DNA of 32,164 nt from a virus (Duplodnaviria; Caudoviricetes), in the IMG/VR virus record IMGVR_UViG_3300032243_000020, positions 1-32,164 of that record, one strand, 5' to 3'. The notes under the pieces were generated by a model. That model was not told where the DNA came from. It worked only from the letters and a program-made list of their open reading frames with translations, and searched no databases. Every line of letters begins with the position of its first letter. The stretch's first letter is position 1. Both the position numbers and the translations under genes were made by a program. Of this stretch, positions 23,536 through 29,830 are shown piece by piece.

Positions 23536-24147
23536 TTAACTTGTTGCGGTTGTAGAGTATGTAACAGTTAATGTATCGCCTGAAACAACAGCTTTTGAAC
23601 CGCCTGAGAAGTTACCTTCAGAATATAATGTACCACTTGTTGAACTTTGTGTATTTACTGCACCTGAACCAGTAACTAAGAAACAACCATAAACTGTACC
23701 ACCAGCACCTGTAATTGTGTAGACAATTGCCGTAGCAGCAGAAGTTGTTACGTTAGATGGAGTTGATCCTGATGATGTAGACACCGCAAATGATGCTGTA
23801 CCACGAACTGCTGAACCACCAACTGTATAGTTAATAAACTCACCAGCATTGGTAGTAACTAAAGTAGTCATTGTGTCAGTTGCTACAGGTGTTAAACTTA
23901 CCTTGGTCAAGCCTAAAAACGGACCAACAACGCTATATGCAGAGCCTCTTAATAAAGTATCTAATAGCAACTGTTTTCCAATTGCTACAACTAAATTTGG
24001 AACTTCATCTTCCCATTTAAAATTACCATCTTTGTCATGGCAAATAACGTTATACACGCCTTCCATACCAAATGGCTCACCTGATTTTTGATTGCGGGAT
24101 ACAGTTACTACTGCGTTGTCACCAAAACCTGCTAATTCGTTACTCAT
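23536..24147 (-). CDS. Virion structural protein (fibre base/adaptor-like)
   Basis: 203 aa. G.Y.V.C.DKDG..KWED...NLVV..GK..LL start and GDTLTVTYS end, Thr/Ser-rich beta protein. RBS AGGAG. Confidence 0.65.
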   Translation of the reverse strand: MSNELAGFGDNAVVTVSRNQKSGEPFGMEGVYNVICHDKDGNFKWEDEVPNLVVAIGKQLLLDTLLRGSAYSVVGPFLGLTKVSLTPVATDTMTTLVTTNAGEFINYTVGGSAVRGTASFAVSTSSGSTPSNVTTSAATAIVYTITGAGGTVYGCFLVTGSGAVNTQSSTSGTLYSEGNFSGGSKAVVSGDTLTVTYSTTATS

Positions 24148-24155
24148 AATTACTC

Positions 24156-24581
24156 CTAAGAAATTGTTATTACTGCTGTCGTTGAACTAGCAGTGGGAAA
24201 TGTTACTGTAAAAGTTTTACCGCTTGTTACATCATTACCAAAATTTAACACAAAACACGCCGCATTTGTAGTGCCATTATAGATTAAAGCACCTCTTGCG
24301 GTAAGGGCTGAAGTCCATGTAACGTTATTAAAAGACAACCATGCTATGTTATTTAATGTATCGGCTGTTGGGCGGTTACTAATTGTTAATGCTTGCCCAC
24401 CTGCGGTATAACCACTTGCAACAACTTCATTCGTTAAAGTGTAAATCGTAGTTGTATTATTTAAGTTAGCATTGGCGGTATACAACGCAATTTTGTAAGT
24501 ATAGGGGGTACCAACAGCAAAGTTTTCTAAACCACTTAGCAGATTAACTTTAAATTGTGTTGTTTGCCCTTGGGTTATCAT
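24156..24581 (-). CDS. Virion structural protein (head/tail fibre base-like)
   Basis: 141 aa. FKVNLL, YKIALYT, NEV..SGYTAGG..LT, TARGALIYN and VLNFG.D....FTVTFP motifs typical of this phage structural family. Confidence 0.7.
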   Translation of the reverse strand: MITQGQTTQFKVNLLSGLENFAVGTPYTYKIALYTANANLNNTTTIYTLTNEVVASGYTAGGQALTISNRPTADTLNNIAWLSFNNVTWTSALTARGALIYNGTTNAACFVLNFGNDVTSGKTFTVTFPTASSTTAVITIS

Positions 24582-25306
24582 GTAACGGTGTTACCTTTAA
24601 TATTTGCATTAAGCTTAGTCTGCCCATCTCGATACGCATCGCCTCGTTCTAGAGCATTACATAATCTGATTAACTCGCCCATTGCTTCATCATACTTAGC
24701 TTTATACATAGTAATCATATCTACTTCAACTTTCATGTATATCGCAGCTTCTAATAAAGCGCCGTATAAAAGTATTGGGTCGTAGTTATTCCCAAGCCAA
24801 GACTCGCTTGCTGTTGTAATGGATTCTGGGTAATAAAAATAGTGCATCTCAACTAAGTAATTAGCATCAGGCGTCGGCCCTAAAATACAAGACAAAGACT
24901 TAGGATAGCTTAATTGCGAGCCAAATAAAGAGTAATATTTAGGCGTACCTGTTGCTGTTGGTGTTGGGTATGCTTCACGAATAAAGTTAACATCTTTGTT
25001 AAGTAGGTATGTAAAAGGAGTTGCATAGTCTGCAGTATAAATAGCAATAGAATAAGCAGCTAACCAATCAGACGGTAAAGATAAATACTGATTACCGCTG
25101 GTCAATGTTCCTGTTACATTCTTTCTTAGCGTTGGGATGTTTACTGTGTTGTAAATCCGTGTTTCCGCTTGTGTAATAAATGTATTAACTTGTGTAGCAC
25201 TAGTAGTTGTTACAGCCGTAGTTCCATCCGTCCCAGTAAAGGTAGTAGATGGAAACTCGTTTTCACAGTAGTTTTTTACTGTCTGAAACAACGTAGTGTA
25301 GTTCAC
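24578..25306 (-). CDS. Head-tail adaptor / tail tubular protein A-like
   Basis: 242 aa. MNY..L...VK.Y.EN, FI.QAE.RI, LPSDW, GTPKYY, LGPTPDANY.VE.HY and LLYGALLEA..YMK motifs of podoviral adaptors. Confidence 0.8.
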   Translation of the reverse strand: MNYTTLFQTVKNYCENEFPSTTFTGTDGTTAVTTTSATQVNTFITQAETRIYNTVNIPTLRKNVTGTLTSGNQYLSLPSDWLAAYSIAIYTADYATPFTYLLNKDVNFIREAYPTPTATGTPKYYSLFGSQLSYPKSLSCILGPTPDANYLVEMHYFYYPESITTASESWLGNNYDPILLYGALLEAAIYMKVEVDMITMYKAKYDEAMGELIRLCNALERGDAYRDGQTKLNANIKGNTVT

Positions 25307-25581
25307 GCCATTGGTCCTCTAGACATACGACCTTTAGTAGCAGCTCCCGCACCACGCATTTCAATACCTGATGTTTTAGGTTCTTTAGACACGCCGTAAC
25401 TAACACCATTTCTAACGGGGTCTTTTAAATCAGCATCTTTAGCCGATTTTTCGTAGGCGTACGTTCTTGAGTCTACTTTCTCTTGCCCTGTAATTTTTTT
25501 ACCATCCATTGTATGTGGCTCTGCATAGACAGCAGCGCTGCCTGTCTCTTTGCCCATAGTTTTGCTAGAATATTTAGCCAT
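25303..25581 (-). CDS. Small basic hypothetical protein
   Basis: 92 aa, Lys-rich, ends GIEMRGAGAATKGRMSRGPMA. Coupled to neighbours by overlapping start/stop codons. Confidence 0.75.
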   Translation of the reverse strand: MAKYSSKTMGKETGSAAVYAEPHTMDGKKITGQEKVDSRTYAYEKSAKDADLKDPVRNGVSYGVSKEPKTSGIEMRGAGAATKGRMSRGPMA

Positions 25582-25763
25582 TATTTGCCCCTCTGGTTAT
25601 TAGCCCGTGCAATGTTTCTGCCAACGGCTTTATAAGCAGCGTTTAACCCACCACCTTTTTTAGCCTTTGCGTTATTTATTACTTTAGGCCCGTCAGTAGG
25701 AAAAACTTGTGCGTCAGTTTTACCTTTTTTAACTACACCATCAGCACCTGATTTATATCCCAT
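25581..25763 (-). CDS. Small basic hypothetical protein
   Basis: 60 aa. YKSGADGVVKKGKT...GRNIARANNQ. RBS AGGAG upstream. Confidence 0.7.
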   Translation of the reverse strand: MGYKSGADGVVKKGKTDAQVFPTDGPKVINNAKAKKGGGLNAAYKAVGRNIARANNQRGK

Positions 25764-25772
25764 TTTAAACTC

Positions 25773-26201
25773 CTAAGTTGTACTTACTGTTACGCTATTA
25801 ATTCTACCAATTGCAACTAAATAATTTGGGGTTAATACCCTATCAAATCCACTAGCCCCACCTACAGGATACCAACCCCATTGAATTTGCCTACTACCAT
25901 CAGATGGGTACCCGCTTTGGTTTATACTTGTTCCGTTACCATTTAAAATCTGTAACCCGGTTAGTCCAGAACCGTAATAACTATTATCCGGTCTTGGTTC
26001 ACGTACAGCCTGTGGGTCATTTACAGGGTACATACCTAATTGTAACTGAGGTTGATCTGGTTCCCAACACTCTCTACATACTTTAATGCTAACCTGTTTA
26101 GTCTTAATTGTTAACTTTTTTAAATCTTTAAGCTTATAACGTTGCCCACACCGATCACATTCGGCAATCGAGTGTTTACCGGAAGCAAAATTACTAGGCA
26201 T
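25773..26201 (-). CDS. Zn-ribbon (CxxC...CxxC) virion-operon protein
   Basis: 142 aa. ECDRCG and VCRECWEPDQPQL, then DPQAVREPRPD. Confidence 0.75.
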   Translation of the reverse strand: MPSNFASGKHSIAECDRCGQRYKLKDLKKLTIKTKQVSIKVCRECWEPDQPQLQLGMYPVNDPQAVREPRPDNSYYGSGLTGLQILNGNGTSINQSGYPSDGSRQIQWGWYPVGGASGFDRVLTPNYLVAIGRINSVTVSTT

Positions 26202-26203
26202 GA

Positions 26204-27157
26204 TTATCTCGAGTAAAACAAATTACGTGGAACAAATCTAATTGGCGCTTTTTCTCTATCTTCATCAGCTGCTAATTGGAATTGTTTATCGTATTCTTGT
26301 TGTAAATACATAATTCTGTTTGGGTCTACGCCTTGAATTTTAATGCTTAACATGGCTGATAGCCCCGCCACAAAACAATTAATAAATCTAAACGGAATAT
26401 CTTGGACATTGACACCATTTCCTGCGTCTTGAAGCCTACGCATGCGCCAGTACACAAGTGTGTAAGGCCCGCCACCACCATCAGGTGTAGGCCAAATGTT
26501 TAAGCAAGGAAGGTATTGCACAGTAATTGCATCATTTGTTGCATGGGTAGCCGCTACAGTATTGTTCTGACCTCTCCAACAGTTTTGCAGTTGGTTTCCT
26601 ACAATGTTAGTGTAGGTAATAGTCTCTGTACCAATCTGAATAAACCCTGTTGAGCGCAGATTTAAATTAGTAATATTTGCGTTAGTTGCAGTTTTTAAAG
26701 TAATCGTTGTATCCGTTGCGTTAATACTAGACGACAGCAAGTATTCCGATAAATTACTATTGCCTGACTGCCTATTAACATAAACTTGTATTGGCCTACC
26801 CGGGGTTAACTTGTTGGGTATAGTAGCATAAGTAGACTCAGATATGCGGTTAAGATTGAGGTCGGTTTGATTAGAAACGTTTGCATTATTAGTACGAGTC
26901 TCGAGGTCAAGTACATCTATCGTATCCACAGGAATTGCGTATATACCTAGATTAGTAGTCAGCTGAATACTTACCTCTTCAACAGTCCAAAGGTTGATGC
27001 CTCTGTTTACCCAATCAGTTGTCATCAAGTTAATAGACCTACGCGCAGTGCGCAAGTCATATCCGGAACGTACCTGTGAACCACAGCGTTCAAACGCTTC
27101 CTCGACCATCTCGGTGAGGTCTAGGTTAAATGTACTAATTCCGGATGTTGATGCCAT
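26204..27157 (-). CDS. Second adaptor / neck ring-like protein with inserted beta domain
   Basis: 317 aa. EEAFERCG..YDLRTARRSINL..W.NRGINLW, Y.TIPNK...GRP.Q, IWPTPD and DIPFRF..C.VAGL motifs. Confidence 0.75.
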   Translation of the reverse strand: MASTSGISTFNLDLTEMVEEAFERCGSQVRSGYDLRTARRSINLMTTDWVNRGINLWTVEEVSIQLTTNLGIYAIPVDTIDVLDLETRTNNANVSNQTDLNLNRISESTYATIPNKLTPGRPIQVYVNRQSGNSNLSEYLLSSSINATDTTITLKTATNANITNLNLRSTGFIQIGTETITYTNIVGNQLQNCWRGQNNTVAATHATNDAITVQYLPCLNIWPTPDGGGGPYTLVYWRMRRLQDAGNGVNVQDIPFRFINCFVAGLSAMLSIKIQGVDPNRIMYLQQEYDKQFQLAADEDREKAPIRFVPRNLFYSR

Positions 27158-27480
27158 TATTTAGCAGACTTTTTTGTTGTAGGTTTAGCAACTTCTTGTA
27201 CAGCCGGCTCAACAACCTCTTCTACAACCGGCTCAACAACCTTTTCTACAACCGGCTCAACAACCTTTTCTACAACCGGCTCAACAATCTCTTCTACAAC
27301 CGGCTCAACAACCTCTTCTACAACCGGCTCTATAGGGGTTAAGTATTTTTCTAACATTTCAGCAATTTCTTTTGTTTGTTCATTTGCTGCGCCAAATGCT
27401 TGTTCTTCTTGGTGTACTACACGTTTAAACATGTTTAACATATGTTCTGCGTGTTTTTCTAAATCTTGAAATAAACTCAT
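27157..27480 (-). CDS. Acidic hypothetical protein with (EPVVE[EK]VV)n repeat
   Basis: 107 aa, RBS AGGAG, coupled to both neighbours. Confidence 0.75.
   Translation of the reverse strand: MSLFQDLEKHAEHMLNMFKRVVHQEEQAFGAANEQTKEIAEMLEKYLTPIEPVVEEVVEPVVEEIVEPVVEKVVEPVVEKVVEPVVEEVVEPAVQEVAKPTTKKSAK
27187..27330. repeat. 24 bp tandem repeat, ~6 units
   Basis: ccggctc recurs at 27204, 27228, 27252, 27276, 27300 and 27324. Unit ctacaaccggctcaacaacct(c/t)tt. Confidence 0.95.
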
Positions 27481-27728
27481 TTAATACTCCTGTATGTTTT
27501 AACTTTATTTTTAATACTTTTTGGTTGTGCTACAAATTGTTTACCTTTTGCTTTGCCTTCACGTTTAGCTTTAGTAGTTGCAGCATATTCTTGAGGGCTT
27601 AATGCTTTTATTGCTTTTTCTGGTAAATACCGTTCTCCAGTTTCGGAGGATTTTTTACCCGATTTTGTAGTCCACTTTTGATCTCCCCAAGCTTTCAAAG
27701 ACTTCTGAGATTTTGCTAGACCACTCAT
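27477..27728 (-). CDS. Small basic protein (DUF5872-like, C-terminal half)
   Basis: 83 aa. QKSLKAW..QKWTTKSG..SSETGERYLP.KAI..LS..EY..TT.AKR....GKQFV.QP. Family name recalled from memory. Confidence 0.65.
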   Translation of the reverse strand: MSGLAKSQKSLKAWGDQKWTTKSGKKSSETGERYLPEKAIKALSPQEYAATTKAKREGKAKGKQFVAQPKSIKNKVKTYRSIK

Positions 27729-28000
27729 TTATACCCACCACCAGATGCTTTATACTTTTTTGCTACTAACTGTGCTTTACGTGCTGACCACTGCCCTGCA
27801 CCTGTACCTTGCACTGCCGCTGCTTTTACTTGCGATACAATACGTTTTCTAAGGCTAGGTTTAGTGTAGTTACCAGCGGCGTTAACTTTTCCACCTTTAG
27901 CATACATCTCTACATCTTGCGGCTTGTCTTTCCGCTTAATGATTTTTTTACCTGGCATTTTAGATGGGTTAATATCTCCCATACCACGTGAGGCTTTCAC
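27725..28000 (-). CDS. Small basic protein (SRGMG N-part plus YTKP...GQWSARKAQ domain)
   Basis: 91 aa, GTG start. NYTKPSLRKRI...GQWSARKAQLVAKKYKASGGGY. Confidence 0.7.
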   Translation of the reverse strand: MKASRGMGDINPSKMPGKKIIKRKDKPQDVEMYAKGGKVNAAGNYTKPSLRKRIVSQVKAAAVQGTGAGQWSARKAQLVAKKYKASGGGYK

Positions 28001-28296
28001 TTTTTAGCTTTCATCATACCGCCACCGCACATAACTATAGTACCTTTGGTTTTACCTTTTGTGCAGCAACCATCAGCACGAGAAGAAGCCGAACCACCTT
28101 TAGCCATTTTTTTAGGTGGCTCTGTAGTTTCTTTAGGTGGTTTTTCTTTTTCTTTTTCTTTTGCTCTACGTATTTTAGACTCTTCACGAGTTTCACCACC
28201 AAGTTCTTCATTGATGACTTCAACCGGATTAGCTAATCCTAAAGTATCAAAATAGTTAGTAGCCTTGTCGTTGTACTTTTTAATCATTTCTTTCAT
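27997..28296 (-). CDS. Small basic hypothetical protein ending MAKGG..SSRADGC..KGKTKG
   Basis: Start reassigned from 28479 to ATG 28296: AAGGA lies 7 nt upstream and the reassignment removes the overlap with the next gene. 99 aa. Confidence 0.7.
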   Translation of the reverse strand: MKEMIKKYNDKATNYFDTLGLANPVEVINEELGGETREESKIRRAKEKEKEKPPKETTEPPKKMAKGGSASSRADGCCTKGKTKGTIVMCGGGMMKAKK

Positions 28297-28306
28297 TTGA
28301 ATATCC

Positions 28307-28828
28307 TTAGCACATTTTGCCTTTAGTTTTGCCACGTTGAGCGCAACCATCCGCACGAGAAGAAACTGAACCACCAGCTTTGTAAGACCTATTTGGAGAT
28401 TTAGTAGTAGTTTTTTGCGCTTTAGCTTTACCTGAAGGACCTGCCTTAGCTTCTTTTTGAGTAGGAAAGTTGCTTTCAAACGGCTCTACTGCTCTACGAT
28501 AAGCTTCCGCAGACATTTTTGTATCTTCTTTATCAGCTTTAGGTGCTGGTTTAGATTCAGCTTTAGGTGCAGAAGTTTCAGTTTTAGGCGCTGGTTTAGC
28601 TGCTGGTTTAACTTCAGAAGCTAACTTAGTACCGTAAGATTTGCCTTTCCATGTAAATGTAGAATCACCCGCAGCTCTTGCAGATTTAAACGCATCACCA
28701 AAAGAGTTAGAATCTAGCCCTGCTTGTTTTTGTTCGGGCGTTACCGTTCCACGATCACTTTCGTCTTCGATAACTGATTCGCCATCTTCACCACTATAGC
28801 GTTTAACTTTTTTCATTGGGCGTTTCAT
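28307..28828 (-). CDS. Hypothetical protein with F..AF..AR..G...FTW.GK.Y.T motif, PAK-rich linker and YKAGG..SSRADGCAQRGKTKG tail
   Basis: 173 aa, RBS AAGGAAG, coupled to the upstream gene. Confidence 0.75.
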   Translation of the reverse strand: MKRPMKKVKRYSGEDGESVIEDESDRGTVTPEQKQAGLDSNSFGDAFKSARAAGDSTFTWKGKSYGTKLASEVKPAAKPAPKTETSAPKAESKPAPKADKEDTKMSAEAYRRAVEPFESNFPTQKEAKAGPSGKAKAQKTTTKSPNRSYKAGGSVSSRADGCAQRGKTKGKMC

Positions 28829-29385
28829 ATTGTTCTTCCTTTCATTTTAGGCATCATACCTTGAGTTTTACCTTTAGAAGCAACACCGTTAGCTTTAGAT
28901 AATTGGCTAGTTTTACCGCCCATAGCCATTTTCTTCATAGCCATACCGCCTTTTTTAAGCTTAGCTAAATCAGTACCTTTGCCGCCTTTATGTTCTTGCT
29001 TGTCATGCATGCTAAAAGCTTTTTTAATCATGGCTTTGTCTTGGGCTTTGTCCATCTTTGTATCTTCTTTAGCCATACCGCCTTTAGCCATTTTTTTCAT
29101 TGCAACTCCACCACGTTTCATACCGCCCATACCCCCCATAGGAGCTGGAGCTGCTGCGGCAGCTGGAGGCATTGCAGGTTGTCTAGCAGACATTAACGCT
29201 GCCATCATCTTTGGGTCCATTTTTTTCTTAGTAGCCATCTCTCCACCTTTTTTGAATGTTTTGCCTTTATCGGCATCATTAAAATCTTTCCCCACAGATT
29301 GAGGAACTCCTACCTTCTTAGCAAAAGCTGGGTTATGAGCTATCGCCGCCATAAAATTATGTTGCTTTTTACTTGTGCTCGGCAT
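28825..29385 (-). CDS. Lys/Met/Gly-rich basic hypothetical protein
   Basis: Likely start is ATG 29385 (MPSTSKKQHNFMAA), 186 aa. Contains five [MFL][AK]xGG motifs. Confidence 0.75.
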   Translation of the reverse strand: MPSTSKKQHNFMAAIAHNPAFAKKVGVPQSVGKDFNDADKGKTFKKGGEMATKKKMDPKMMAALMSARQPAMPPAAAAAPAPMGGMGGMKRGGVAMKKMAKGGMAKEDTKMDKAQDKAMIKKAFSMHDKQEHKGGKGTDLAKLKKGGMAMKKMAMGGKTSQLSKANGVASKGKTQGMMPKMKGRTI

Positions 29386-29569
29386 CTTTTTTACCAATCA
29401 ATTTTTGAACTGTCTTTGTTTCAAAAATACGAATGCCCGTCCATATAATAGTAAACAAAGCGGCTATAGATGGCAACATATCTGTCAAAGTTCCTAAAAC
29501 TGTTACAACAGAAAAAGCATCCATAACGTGCTTAGACGCTTCATCCATATTTATAAATGGGTCTTTCAT
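29369..29569 (-). CDS. Small membrane protein (holin-like)
   Basis: Start reassigned to 29569 (TAATG coupling). Hydrophobic VVTVLGTLTDMLPSIAALFTIIWTGIRI followed by a basic tail. Confidence 0.55.
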   Translation of the reverse strand: MKDPFINMDEASKHVMDAFSVVTVLGTLTDMLPSIAALFTIIWTGIRIFETKTVQKLIGKKDAEHK

Positions 29570-29829
29570 TAGCATTTCCACCTTTTCAAACTTGCAGCCT
29601 TTCTAGTAGGTTTACCATTCTCATCTTTCATTGGGCCTGGCATTCCGCTCATCCTAGCACAAAATGACTTTTTGCGAGGCCCGCCTTCAGGTTGTGGCGC
29701 TTTTAAATTCGACCCAGTCGCCGCATTATACTTTGCCCTACCCTTAGCAGTAAGTCCAGCCCCTTTAGAAACCGGGAGTTTTTCGCCTCTTCCAACTGCA
29801 AGGTTGGGTCCTTTCTTCTTAGTAGCCAC
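29569..29829 (-). CDS. Small basic conserved phage protein (DUF6321-like)
   Basis: 86 aa. GLTAKGRAKYN..TGSNLKAP, RKKSFCARMSG and SLKRWKC. Family name recalled from memory. Confidence 0.65.
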   Translation of the reverse strand: MATKKKGPNLAVGRGEKLPVSKGAGLTAKGRAKYNAATGSNLKAPQPEGGPRKKSFCARMSGMPGPMKDENGKPTRKAASLKRWKC

Positions 29830-29830
29830 A

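Noticed and set aside
27145-27342. Plus-strand ORF with RLNNLFYN repeats, or a CRISPR-like array
   Set aside because: This is the antisense shadow of the 24 bp tandem repeat. There are no spacers, and the minus-strand ORF has an RBS and coupled neighbours.
28297-28479. N-terminal extension of the 160 aa ORF (start 28479)
   Set aside because: It overlaps the 173 aa gene out of frame. A better ATG with AAGGA RBS lies at 28296.
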